Notes under the pieces: model-generated
Seen by the model: only the letters and a program-made list of their open reading frames with translations
Databases searched by the model: none
Told to the model about the DNA's origin: nothing
Translations under genes and position numbers: made by a program
Shown here: positions 22,980 through 34,251 of the stretch, piece by piece
How the letters are laid out: each line of letters opens with the position of its first letter
Position numbering within the stretch: position 1 is the stretch's first letter
Source of the DNA: Dudresnaya verticillata
Lineage: Eukaryota
Direction of reading: 5' to 3'
Length of the DNA stretch: 64,000 nucleotides
NCBI GenBank assembly: GCA_977862235.1
Contig: OZ374563.1
Location: 1,116,001 to 1,180,000 of the forward strand

Positions 22980-24661
22980 ATGCCGCCGAACTTTTCACTG
23001 GCGGAACTTGACCGCGTGCTGTTGTGCGCCCCGCAGACATCTGCATCTTATCCAACGCCAGCCGACTTCGAAGGCAAGACGCCCTGGCGCGACCTTATCG
23101 ACTTCGCGAACGCGCCGTGGATGTTCCACAATAACTTTGGGAACCATGCCCTCATCGACCAGTATGTCTCGGAAGACGGTTTCCTCCCGGGGGAGCTTCC
23201 CCTGCGCATATTAAGGACGCCTGACTGGCGGCGGCATGGCGCCATTCGTCCAGATTGGATCCGCCATCACGGCGGGAGGACGTGCGCAGGGCAAGGCTGC
23301 GGTATGTCCGCTTGGTCTTCCAGCGGCTTTCCTGCACTCCCTGTCGGGTGGTCATACCGCATGGCTACTGGCTTGACCTTGGCGTCTACCGCACCGTTGG
23401 GGAAATCCCCTATGCTGATGCCCTTGAGAACCTTCCCATCCCGCATGCGTGGGATGGGGTCGAGCCTCGGGTGCGCCAGTCGGCACTGTTGCTGGGCGTG
23501 CAGCTTCGTGCGGAATTCCGCTTTGTGCGCAAACGCGAGAACAACGCTTACTGGGACAAGATTCGTTGCGAGCGTCGCGCTCGCTCCCGTCTGGGCTTCT
23601 TGGTGCCCTACCCCAATGTCGAAATCGACGCAATTCATCGCACATATCGTGATCGATGTTATGTGCGGCTGCCCATTCCACAGTGGGGCTTGGTGGAGTG
23701 TTGTGAGGGTTTCCTCGTCGAGTTGGCCCCCGCGGTGAGTTACACCATGTCATCCGTTATCGGCTACCCGCAGTCGGGATTGTGGACTGTGTACTACACG
23801 GAGTTCGTGGCGAAGACGGCCGTTCAGTGGCTGTGGGAATTGTACGATACGTACCGCATGTGGTGCATATCTCCCACAGTCCTGACGCTCGTTGATCAGT
23901 TGGACTTGAGGGTTGTCCTCGGCGGTGTTAACAACGAAGCGGAATTCCGCGTGTTGTTGGGTTTTTATGCCCAAGTTGATTGGGACCATGACGACCAAAG
24001 GGTCCCGTTGTGCAACAACAAGAGGAGTTCCTCATCGACCAATTTCTCTCCTGGGCGTCGGCACCCGTCTTGTGGCGATCGGGCGTGGTTTGACCCTTGG
24101 ACACGCACTTTCGTCGCTGCGGACCGTGCCGCTTGGTTACGTAGCCACCCGCGTTCGATGCCGCCTGGTCAGCCGCGAGGCTACCTGGTGGACCCCGAGG
24201 CGGGTGGCATTGCGGAGTCGGATTATGAGGAACAGTCCTCCGACGCGGGCAGTAATGGGGAAATCCCCGATGATGACACGATGACGGTCGATGCGCCTGT
24301 GGGGGAAGACTGCCCAGCCGTGGCATCGCCGACTACCGCGGATGCCCCGGTTGCGGCGACGGGAGTGGCGGCTGACGCGGGTGGGAGCAGAGGCGGCGGC
24401 GCTGTTATTGCGAGCGTGCCAATCGTTCGGCCGCCCGCTATTCGGCCGCCGTCGCCTGGCCCGGAAAGCCAGCCTCGCGCACGTCGCGTGCGACTGAGCT
24501 TCAGTCAACGCATTGCCGTAATCGGCTTTTTGCGTAGAACGGGAATTCCCGAGATTGCCATTCGCGGCAGTGATGAGGAGCTCCTCGAGGTCGCCGTGGG
24601 TAAAGGGTATAACCCGGATGGCGAGGATGAAGCAGGCCCAAGCGGGCCTGCTGATGTCTAG
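22980..24661 (+). CDS. Antisense accessory ORF of Gypsy A (~560 aa, one apparent frameshift near 23255); unknown function
   Basis: The ATG 22980 frame (MPPNFSLAELDRVLL...RPDW) joins the 468-aa ORF 23255-24661. The protein has a globular aromatic-rich core and an acidic/Ala-Pro tail. Confidence 0.7.
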
Positions 24662-25019
24662 TCGTACGTCGACATATGGCGTGGGGCAACCGACCCTGCG
24701 GGAGTAGCCCATGCGCTGTAGTAGGGAGAGCGCCGCCATGATCAGGACTTATTAAATTTTGCCCGTTTGTTGTCTTGGCCGATGTTTTGACCTTAGTCGT
24801 GATGCTACGACGATGCGTGGATAGGGGAATCCCCTTTTGATTGCGCGCGGCGAAGTATCCCAAACGAGTTGTTGTCGACTAGCGACGAGTCGTGTATGTC
24901 GTCGTTGAGGCGCGCATCATATATTCTGGAGTTCCACGTTTCGTTAGCGACTTGGACGTAGTGGTCCCCTAGTTGCTGGAGTTCCCAATGCTCAAGGCTG
25001 TTGGCGGCTAGGGGTAATG

Positions 25020-26420
25020 TATACGGAATTCCGTTTTGGTCATAGCTTGTAATTCCAACTTAGTCGTGCACGACTTGGGGGAGGAGGTGAGGTGCACTTG
25101 CGGTCGTCCGCTAGGGTGGGCCGCTGTGTGGGCATACGGCAGGTGATTGGTGCGGAATACGTCGGCACCATGATTATCCAATGGTTCTTCATGGAGTGGC
25201 GTACTGCACGTGACTTGAATGCCCACTGCGGCGGGTACAGTAGACCGAACGCGTACTGTGGTCTAGCCACATTAATTGGGTATACAGAAGTCTGTTATCG
25301 AGTGTGTTTGCCTATGTAGGACATATATGTCCGACATATGTCGGGTGCCGACCCCGTCAACCGGACGCATTTGCGTAAGCGCCTTCCTGAGTAGTTGGGC
25401 GATAGGGAGATCCGGCCCGTATAGATAAGTGGAATGCCACGCGAAACACTGGCAGGCGCACTGTAGGGGTGCCGAAGGGCTTGGGCGTGGACTCTCGGTT
25501 GTGTGGAATACCACTTACGTCGAACGCTTGCGGCCACAGATGCCACACGAGCACATACAGGCGGAGGTGCCCCCCCCTTTATCGTTGGGGTGGAGGTACA
25601 CCAGTCCGCCAGTGGCTCGTGGTCAGTGTTTACGGAGTTCCGTTTCAGGATAATTGCTGTTGTAGAGTCTGCCGTAGACAACTGGGAGGTGGCTACAGTA
25701 GTTGACTGTGGCCTTTGTAGGGGTGTTCCCCATTTGTTGGGCATAAAAGGGATTTCGTGGGGCACCACATCGTAGTGAGGTAGGGGGCATCGCGTCGGGT
25801 CTGATACGTGCGCCCCATGATGTGGCATTCCACTTTTCGTATGCGGCCTAGGTGAAGGCATCCCCTTTCAAATGGGGGAGCCGATGCCTGAGGCAATCGA
25901 CGATACACGGTAGGGGTTACCGAATCCCATGTGAGGCATAATTGCCTTTGGGTTTGCGGGCCCGTTCGTGACGGTATCGGCCCGACGATTACGGAGTTCC
26001 GTTATAAGCATGAGTGCTCTTGGCAGAATCCGCTGTGGACGGCTTTGGCGGTAGCTGCGGGGCGTACTGCGACGACTGCGCTGTGCTACAGTCCGTACAG
26101 GGGTGTTCCCCATTTGCGTTTGCCGACAAGGGCGTTGTGGGGCGCCTCATATGAACGGGGTCGGAAGCGTGGTGTTGTTTTTGGACGCGAGTGTCCCGTG
26201 ATGCGGAATTCCGCTTTTCGTATACGACCTGAGCCGAGGCGTCCCCCTTCGTATGGAAGAGCGGGCGCTCAAGGCCATTGATGGCTTGGAGCAGTAGTTA
26301 CGGAATTCCGTTTTGTGCTTACTCGCGTTATTGACTTAGTCGCATTCGACTTCGGGAGTGACGATGGCGATAGCTTGCGGCAGACCGCTAGGGTCAGCGG
26401 GCGCGCATAGGGAATATCCG
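25020..26420. repeat. Degenerate internal repeats in the 3' non-coding region of Gypsy A
   Basis: 25024-25150 resembles 26301-26430, and 25630-25880 resembles 25990-26260. TACGGA(A/G)TTCCGTT recurs. Confidence 0.65.
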
Positions 26421-26600
26421 ATTGGCGCTGCGATAATTAATATCTCGTCCGACCAATAAGGTGCCATACCGTGGTGTACAGTAGTCCCATTGTACTTGCG
26501 CCAACTACTGTAGCATCGACTCTTGGGCCCGACTCTTCAATGTGGTATGTCCACTCCATTTGTGAGTTAGCAGACGTCTGCATGCTTGCTGTCTTGGGGA

Positions 26601-29201
26601 CTAGCCCACCATGGCCTTTGTAACAGTGGCGGGGACGCCGAGGCGTCTCCTTTTACAGTAGGAGATGACTTGGCTCCGGGGGAGGTGCTGTATGGGCTCC
26701 CACGTATTTTGGGATGACGGGTACCCATACCATTTCACTTCAAACAGAAGTTCTGTATTATCATAACTGTGGTTCACCACTTTCTCGATGACATACTCGT
26801 CACGTGGCAGAGGGTCTTCATTGTGTCGGCGCCTTGATGACAGGGTGTCATCTGGTGCCGATGCTTGAGGTGGGTCCTCTGTCCGAGTATCCAACTGTGA
26901 CGCGCGTGGTGCGGCGGTAGCTATACGGCGACTCTGTCTGGGGCTTGGCGCGCCAATGGTCGCGGTTGCTTCTTGATTGCGGTCTGCCGCTTCTGGTCCG
27001 AGGTTCTGGCTCACGAGAGGCCGCGTAGGGATTTCCCTAATGATGTCGTCAAAGGTGACGCTTTTTGTTGGTGGGCGTGGAGAATTCTCCTTGTGATGGT
27101 CTTGCGCTCTCGACGCGTCTGGAGCCACATCGCGTGTCGCGCTTTCATGGGCGTAATCCTTCCCCTCAGCGGGTCTGGTTTCGGCCTGAATAGGGGGCCC
27201 TCGCGCGGAGCTCTCGGTTACTCGAAGCGTAGGCGAGCCTTTGCGGAGTATGTCCGGCGTGGTCGCTTCTTGTGGAATATCCACATTATTAAGGATAGTT
27301 CTCGTTGGTTGCGAAAGGGACTTCCCTTGAGGAGTATTTCCCGGGGTGGCAGTTGTGCCTATATTGTGTGCAAGTTGCTGCTGTCGAGGCATTTCCTCCC
27401 TTACTGTACCGTTGGCGGCCTTGGTGCTTGCCGAAGCGGCGTGCGGTTGGTCCGCAGTGGAGTGCCCATCTGCGAGGGCGTCGTTCGCTGGCCCAGATCC
27501 CGGCTCCGGGTTTGCGGGAGCAGGGGTTGGAGTGCAGATAGCGGCTTCAGCGCGTGTGGCCGGTGGTGAGTGAATTGCGGTAGTCCGCGTGCGGACGCCA
27601 GCGGTGCGTCCGGGTACGATGGGCGGCGGTAAATCCGCCAACCCGCGATCATTGCGTGGTTGTATGGCTGGCGCCACAGCATGAAAAGTAATTGGGGCAT
27701 TTTCCCCGTGAGGCACAGTAGCTCCGTCAGAGTACTGTACTCGAGTATGATCGTTATTGAGATCGTTTGTTGGCGGTAATTCCGCATCTGTCGGATCTGC
27801 CGTCCCTTCGGCGTCGGCTTGGTTGGTCGCGTCCCTTGGTGGGGCGGGAGCCAGCACGACTCTGTCGCGGGAAATCCGCTCGTATTCAGGTCCGTCCTTC
27901 TCGACTGTGACCGTCTTATCATTTGCGTCACTCACGCGATAGGGGCCGTCGGCGATAGGCGCCAGTTTGTGTTTCGGGGTATCCTTCCCATAGTACTCCT
28001 TGCGTACGTAGAGGTAGGAGTCTACTCCGATGACGTCGCGTGAGGGACGTACCCTGTTATCAAAATTGCGCTTGTATCGCGCTTGTGTCTGGTCAACGCC
28101 TTTTGTGGCTGTTGATAGTAGTCCTGTGAGCCAGGACTGCCACTCGGCGTGGAATGTAGCCGAACTCGACACTGGTTCCAATGAGGGATGTGCCTCGACG
28201 CTTAGAGCGGGTGGAGGTCTGGAGAGTACCAGCTGGAAGGGGGCCAGGTTCGTGGTAGAATGAACTTGCGTATTGTACGCGTAGGTGATGGCATCTGAGA
28301 ATAAATCCCATTCACGCGGATGGTCCGCAACGTAGTGCAGTAGCGCGGCGCGCATTGTGCGATTGAACCGCTCAACCTGCCCATTGCATTGGGGGTGATA
28401 GGTTGTAGTAAAGAGGTTTTTGATCCCCAAAGTTCCACATAACGACTGAAACAACTTTGCGGCAAATTGTCCGCCATTATCCGATAGTAGGTACAACGGG
28501 GGTCCGTAGACGTAGACCCAATGCGTAATGAACGCTTCGGCAACTTTCGCAGCCGTAATCTTTTTCATCGGAACTGTCCGAACGAGTTTGGAGAAACGGT
28601 CTGTGATGACCAAGAGGAATCGATTACCTCGTTTCGTGCGAATCAGTTCGCCATAGATGTCAATGGAGACAAACTCCAGGGGTGCTTTTTCTGGAAACAG
28701 CTTCATATGCTTGGTATTACGGCGTAGCATAACGCGATTGCGTGCACACTTTGTGCAGTTTCTTACGGTGGCGTAACAGTCCACAGCCATGGAAGGCCAG
28801 TAGAATGATCTACGGAGTGAGTAATACATCTTGCGACCACCGGAATGTCCGGATAGTTTCGGGAAGTGTGCCAGGTGTAGCACACGTGCGCGAAGAGTAA
28901 AGGGTATCACAATTTGAGGAAGTGCCTCCCGAGTGCGAATGAGGACTCCTGTCTCGTCCAGCGCGAAAGGTAACCCCTCCCCCCCGTTAAGACGAGAACG
29001 CAGCGAGGTGCAGAAAGCATCTGCTAATTGCGTTTGAAGAAGTTCTTCCGTCGTGATTGGGCGCAAGAGCTCAGGTTGGTTGGACGGCGGATTCGCCAGA
29101 AGAAGTTGGTCGGAGACTTCGTCGTCCAATTCGAGGAATTCCTCCTTATCACAAACGGCGCAGGTTGACGGAGCGTCCGCCTCAACGTGGAAACACGGAA
29201 T
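26601..29201 (-). CDS. Gypsy A integrase with long low-complexity linker and C-terminal chromodomain
   Basis: HHCC (H..GH..CTKC), SID, SDNG and GQVER motifs, GPY module, and EYVIEKVVNH...FEVKWYGYPSSQNTWEPIQHL. Confidence 0.93.
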   Translation of the reverse strand: MPCFHVEADAPSTCAVCDKEEFLELDDEVSDQLLLANPPSNQPELLRPITTEELLQTQLADAFCTSLRSRLNGGEGLPFALDETGVLIRTREALPQIVIPFTLRARVLHLAHFPKLSGHSGGRKMYYSLRRSFYWPSMAVDCYATVRNCTKCARNRVMLRRNTKHMKLFPEKAPLEFVSIDIYGELIRTKRGNRFLLVITDRFSKLVRTVPMKKITAAKVAEAFITHWVYVYGPPLYLLSDNGGQFAAKLFQSLCGTLGIKNLFTTTYHPQCNGQVERFNRTMRAALLHYVADHPREWDLFSDAITYAYNTQVHSTTNLAPFQLVLSRPPPALSVEAHPSLEPVSSSATFHAEWQSWLTGLLSTATKGVDQTQARYKRNFDNRVRPSRDVIGVDSYLYVRKEYYGKDTPKHKLAPIADGPYRVSDANDKTVTVEKDGPEYERISRDRVVLAPAPPRDATNQADAEGTADPTDAELPPTNDLNNDHTRVQYSDGATVPHGENAPITFHAVAPAIQPRNDRGLADLPPPIVPGRTAGVRTRTTAIHSPPATRAEAAICTPTPAPANPEPGSGPANDALADGHSTADQPHAASASTKAANGTVREEMPRQQQLAHNIGTTATPGNTPQGKSLSQPTRTILNNVDIPQEATTPDILRKGSPTLRVTESSARGPPIQAETRPAEGKDYAHESATRDVAPDASRAQDHHKENSPRPPTKSVTFDDIIREIPTRPLVSQNLGPEAADRNQEATATIGAPSPRQSRRIATAAPRASQLDTRTEDPPQASAPDDTLSSRRRHNEDPLPRDEYVIEKVVNHSYDNTELLFEVKWYGYPSSQNTWEPIQHLPRSQVISYCKRRRLGVPATVTKAMVG

Positions 29202-31756
29202 TTAGTCGTCGATATCGACTTGGGTTTCGCCAAGCGTTTGAAGATGCGAAAGGGCGTCCGCTTGGGTATTAATGCGTCCCTTCTTGTAGCGGACGTCAAA
29301 GTCGAATTCCGACATACGTAGGCGCCAGCGCATTAGGCGCCCGGAGGGGTCATTAATCTCCATTAGCCAACGAAGAGAGGAGTGATCGGTGTGTATGGTA
29401 AACTTTTCCATTTGTAGGTAGGGTCGTAAAGTGGTAACAGCCCACACCAGTGCCAAACACGCCTTCTCGGAAACCGAGTAATTCTTTTCGGCTGCTTGTA
29501 GAGAACGGGACCAGTACCCGAGGGGTTTGCGCGTACCGTCGGCGTGCGTTTGGAATAAGGCGCAACCGACCTGGTAGTTTGACGCGTCGGTATCGACAGA
29601 ATAGGGCAAGCCAGGTTTTGGCAGAGATAGTACGGGTGGTTCCGTGACAGCTTTGATCAGCGTCTGGAACGCGGCCTCTTGTTTGTCGTCGAGCGACTCA
29701 ATATTGTCCGGGTGATCCTTTTTGAGGAGCCGGTTCAGTGGTCCTGCCACGTGAGAGTAATTGGGGACAAACCTCCTATATACGTTACACAATCCGAGGA
29801 AAGACCTCAATTCCGTTTGCGTACGTGGGTGTTTTGCTTTGCGGAGGGCCGCAGTGACCGTTGGGTCGACCCGCAGTTCGCCGGGGCGGATGATATGGCC
29901 CAGGTAGTTGACGGTGTTTGTGAATAAGTCACATTTCTTGAGTTTGAGGGTAACCCCGGCTTGGTCCAATGCAGTCAGGATCTGCTCGACGTGTTTAAAG
30001 TGGGATTCCACGTCCTTGGAGTAGATGATTACATCGTCCAAGTAAACGAGGCATGTCTGCCACTTGAAACCTGAGAGAAGGATATCCAGAGTCCGCTGGA
30101 AGGTAGCGGGTGCATTGGTAAGGCCAAATGGCATTCGCTTGTAGCGGAAGGTTCCCGCATGACACGTAAACGTGGTTTTGTCACGATCGCGACCATTGAT
30201 GGGGATTTGCCAATACCCCGAGTTGCAATCGAGCGTAGTGAAGACGTTAGCTTCGCCGAGTGAATCGATGCATTCATCGATGCGAGGTAGCGGGTAGGTA
30301 TCCCGAACAGTTGCGGCATTTAAACGTAATCGACACAGAATCGTAAGGTACCGTCCTTTTTAGGCACCAAAACAACTGGAGACGCCCAGGGAGATTGTGC
30401 CGGTTCTATAACGCCAGCTCGTAGCATGCGGTCAACTTCCGCCTGTTCCACTTGGCGTTGCTTCGGACCCGCCCGATAGGGTGGGCACGAGAACGGCCTC
30501 GTACCCGGAATCATATCGATGTAATGTTCTGTAGTGGTGATTTCACCTAGTGAACCATCCCACATTGTAGAAAACCTATCAAGTAAATCCCGCACGCGCT
30601 CGGCGTGATTCTCCGTCAAGTGGGATAAATCCACGTCGTCCACCGAAGTTGGAGGTTCGTTTTCAACTTCAAGGGTCTTCGCGTGAGCGTCACCTTTGTT
30701 GGTCGTATTCGACAGTCTTCCTAGTCGTTGGGTTTTTGTTGCGGTATCCTCCGCTAAGTCAGCCAACCCAAGCACGTCCGCCAGCCGGATGGGACTGGGC
30801 ACCACGGCGGTGGGGTGCGGGAGGGCGGTAGCGACGACCTGGTTCTTAGGAAGAACTTGGTCGTGCGAAGTGAAGTTCGCGACTAGAATGCGGAACAGCC
30901 GCTTTGGTTCAACATGGGCTATTCCATTCGTTGCGATAATTCCCTGCCGATGATACGGCTTGTCGTAGGGTTGAAGGCAAATCAGCTCCGCGTGTTCTGT
31001 GGTTACTGCAACCCACTTTTGCGCTTGGGCTGGGATTACGGTTCGTCCCGCTACGCGTATTTTCGTTGAGGTATGGCCTCGTAGTGGCTCATACTCCTGA
31101 TCATCAGGTAGTGGCGGAGCCGTGGGCGGTCGCTTCAATGGTCGCCGCGTAATCGGCACGCGAGTCCCATTGTCGAGTTCGACTTCACGGCTCCTCGGAT
31201 AGATGGCTTCTACGAAACGGTCGCAGAAGTCACATCCGAGGATGACCGGGGCGGCGAGTCTCTCGCAGACAATAAAGTCAAGTTTGACAATGCGGTCGCC
31301 CAGCCGAACGACCAAGGCGATGACGCCGGATGTTTGCAACGGCCGATTGTTGGCGTCACTGATGGTGGGGATGTCCCCTTCTCGAATGCGGGACTCCGCT
31401 TGAGGTGGTAGTTCAGATTTTCTGATAAAGTTAGGGCCGGCACCGGTATCTAGCACAGTAAGTTTACGCGATAGGTAGCTTGGGTGTAAACCCGTATCTG
31501 CGTATACTTTAAAGTTGCGCTTTGCCGCTATCAGCAATTCGCCTTGTGCCTGCGGTGGACGGTACCGGTGCCAGGGCCTGCGTAATCCTGCCATTGGTGG
31601 CGAGGCCGAGGTCCGTCTAGTCCTTGCAGGGTTCTGCAGTATAGTCTTTGGAGTTATATCCTCCTGCTTGTCGGGTCGTGACCCTTGAGCTTCGATCGGA
31701 AATGGTTCCGATTGAAGTTCCCCAGTCAAAGGGGGTATGACCCCGATTCGTTTTCC
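29202..31756 (-). pseudogene. Gypsy A protease-RT-RNase H with a frameshift near 30322 and an in-frame TAA at 29202-29204
   Basis: Motifs LDTGA, FCVDY, PFGL, YLDD and TDAS. The reading frame continues into integrase across the stop. Confidence 0.93.
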
Positions 31757-34161
31757 GAATTGCGGATGTCCGCTCGTCCGTCGCGCCCATTCGTAGGGGA
31801 CTGTCCAACGGTCGCGAACGCCTGAGGGTGGCGTTCGCTAGTGTGGGGTACCACATTGGGCGGTCCCTGGGGTCGACCTTGAGGACTTGCCTCATCGTAT
31901 TGTGCCTGTGCTTTCGCCTTCATGTAGGACGTAGCCGGCACACGCTCGCGGTCGACCGCACTTAGCGACTCATAATTGAGGATAATCCTCAGGTAGTCCT
32001 TCCAAGCTAAGAAGCATTCTGGCGAAACATGCCCAGGCTTGTAGCAAATGTGACAGATGATTGTCTGCTTGGGACCGAAGTTCCTTTGGGGATTTCCCCT
32101 ATCTTGCCAGCCCGGCCGTGCGCGTGTCATACCAGGTGAATGCTCCTGGTATGGGATGCGCGGGGCCGGGACTTGAAGAGAGCGCATGAGAAGCGCATTA
32201 TCTTCGCTTCCGTAGGATTCTACTTGTGAGTCGGTAGGTGGGTCGGACGACAGCAGTGCCGCGTCCGGGTACAAAAGGTGCACCTCGGCATCCTGCTCGC
32301 CCACCTGCCTACGTGGAACTCCACTTCCGTCTCGGAACTCAATTGACGACTCGGCCATCATAGCGGAATTTCCGCGTCCTGGACGACGTCCTCCTGTAGT
32401 TGCGGTGCGGCCCGCGAATTGGTCTTGTCCGGCGCGTGGTGCGCGGCTTCTTCCACGGTGAGCTTTACCTTCATCTTGTGCATAATGCACTAGTCGTTCA
32501 AACGACAATTCGTGACGAGGAGTTTCCTCTCGATATCGGGCAGCCAGCGAGCGGATACTCGGGTCAAGGCCGTCGATGAAGTACGTCATCTTCTCCCATG
32601 CCTTGTGGACGTTGCCACATCGGTTACACGCTTTCGAGACTCGCATCCCGAAGCTTGTTTCCGATTCGCCCGCGTTCTGCCGGAGAGCGCGGAGCTCGAG
32701 GATTGCCTCACGTAGCGCGCTCGGTGTCGCGTACGTCCGCAGAAGATACTGCACAGCTTCGGGCCATGAGGACACTCCTCCATTAGAACGGGACGGGGCG
32801 GCCTTAACGGAGCGAAATTGAGTAGCGGCATTTCCGCGTAAGAAGTAGGGCAAGGCGATGAACGCCTGTGCCTCCGACATGTCGAGAGTGTCGGCTTCGT
32901 CGACTAACCGGGAGAGAAACTCCAAAATCAACACGGGGTCTTCCCCATTAAAGGAACAATCCTTCATGGTTAACTCCAGCCTTTTGATCTGGTCTTTGAT
33001 CTTGCTGGTCTGTCGGCTCGTACGGGATTGTTCCGTATTCTGTAGGCGGTAGTGCCTGTAGGACAGCAATTGGTCGTACAAGGGGTTCGTTGGTTTCAGC
33101 TCCTTGAGGTGCTTATACCGCGGCCCCTTGCGTCGTGTACCATCATCGCGACGGGGATTTCCCCAAACTTCTCCGTCGGAGCGGTCTGAGTCCGAATTGT
33201 CGGAAGCCGACCTGGAGGAACTTCTGTAGCCGTGAAGATGGTGACGGCGACTGCGGGTATTCCGCGATGAGGTACGATGACGGTTTTGGCGTCGTGATTC
33301 ACGGTGGTTTTGACGGTAGTCGTCATCATGAGGGTGGTCCGTACACCCGTAAGGGCAACTGTCCTTGGGGTAAGTGTCCCCATGTCGAGCGTGACTGTCG
33401 AATTCGACTTGTCTTCTGTTCGCGCCTCGGCCATAGGGAGGCAGGGGCGGTTCGCGCTCGTTGAGGCATATGCCCTCTAGACGCTCCAAGCGGTCGGCAA
33501 CCCGCGTAATGCGGTCATCGAGCGGAAGTTCCGCGGGTAGGCTTGGGGGATTCGGACGGGGCCCCCTTGCGGGAGTAGCCCCGTAGGTCTCGAGGAGGCG
33601 GTTAACGTCTCCTCGAAGCGTGCGGACCTCGGCGGCGAGGTCCGGGTTGTTCTGTGGAGGATTCTCCAGGACGAGGTCAATTCGAGCACCAACCTCGTCG
33701 ATACGTTGGTTGACCAGAGCCAAACTGTCCGTTTTTTGGTGCGACAGCCGGGCGGCAAAAGCCTGGTCTTCCATGATGCAAACCTCTCGAATTGCACTTC
33801 GGGGAATAGTTGTCCCGTGTATGAAGGCAACACGAGGTGCTTCCTCTTGGATTGTGGGTGGCTCCACCGGCAGCGGAACTGATGCCGAAATCGGCGGCGG
33901 AGGATTGGGCAGCGGCGGCGGAGGTGCCGGCTGCCCGCCTTGGTCTTGCCCAGTCGGGAGAGTCCCGGCTGGGGCAGGAGGTACGATCTCCACCGAGGGG
34001 GGAATGCAAGGAACCCCCTCATTGGGTATTGCCGAAAAAGCGGCTTGGACCGCAGGGCTTGCCTGCGCACGTGCACGCGTCACCATATTGGCAGCAGTCT
34101 GCGTTGGTACAGACCTTGCCGATGACGGCTGTCGACGGGTGGGCATGGCAGATAACTGCAA
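31726..34161 (-). CDS. gag: Gypsy A gag (811 aa) with CCHC zinc knuckle
   Basis: CHICYKPGHVSPEC and a retrotransposon capsid-like region (LRQNAGESETSF); lies after the PBS. Confidence 0.9.
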   Translation of the reverse strand: MQLSAMPTRRQPSSARSVPTQTAANMVTRARAQASPAVQAAFSAIPNEGVPCIPPSVEIVPPAPAGTLPTGQDQGGQPAPPPPLPNPPPPISASVPLPVEPPTIQEEAPRVAFIHGTTIPRSAIREVCIMEDQAFAARLSHQKTDSLALVNQRIDEVGARIDLVLENPPQNNPDLAAEVRTLRGDVNRLLETYGATPARGPRPNPPSLPAELPLDDRITRVADRLERLEGICLNEREPPLPPYGRGANRRQVEFDSHARHGDTYPKDSCPYGCTDHPHDDDYRQNHRESRRQNRHRTSSRNTRSRRHHLHGYRSSSRSASDNSDSDRSDGEVWGNPRRDDGTRRKGPRYKHLKELKPTNPLYDQLLSYRHYRLQNTEQSRTSRQTSKIKDQIKRLELTMKDCSFNGEDPVLILEFLSRLVDEADTLDMSEAQAFIALPYFLRGNAATQFRSVKAAPSRSNGGVSSWPEAVQYLLRTYATPSALREAILELRALRQNAGESETSFGMRVSKACNRCGNVHKAWEKMTYFIDGLDPSIRSLAARYREETPRHELSFERLVHYAQDEGKAHRGRSRAPRAGQDQFAGRTATTGGRRPGRGNSAMMAESSIEFRDGSGVPRRQVGEQDAEVHLLYPDAALLSSDPPTDSQVESYGSEDNALLMRSLQVPAPRIPYQEHSPGMTRARPGWQDRGNPQRNFGPKQTIICHICYKPGHVSPECFLAWKDYLRIILNYESLSAVDRERVPATSYMKAKAQAQYDEASPQGRPQGPPNVVPHTSERHPQAFATVGQSPTNGRDGRADIRNSENESGSYPL

Positions 34162-34231
34162 CTTAAAGGTTTGAACTAGAAGAACGGGAGTTCCGTAACG
34201 TAGGCAACGTAGCCAATCGGAATTTCCGAAC

Positions 34232-34249
34232 TTCTAGGTCGGGAGACCA
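34232..34249 (-). promoter_or_regulatory. Primer binding site of Gypsy A (TGGTCTCCCGACCTAGAA)
   Basis: Starts with TGG 2 nt inside the 5' LTR. The identical 18-mer is in Gypsy B. Confidence 0.85.
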
Positions 34250-34251
34250 AA

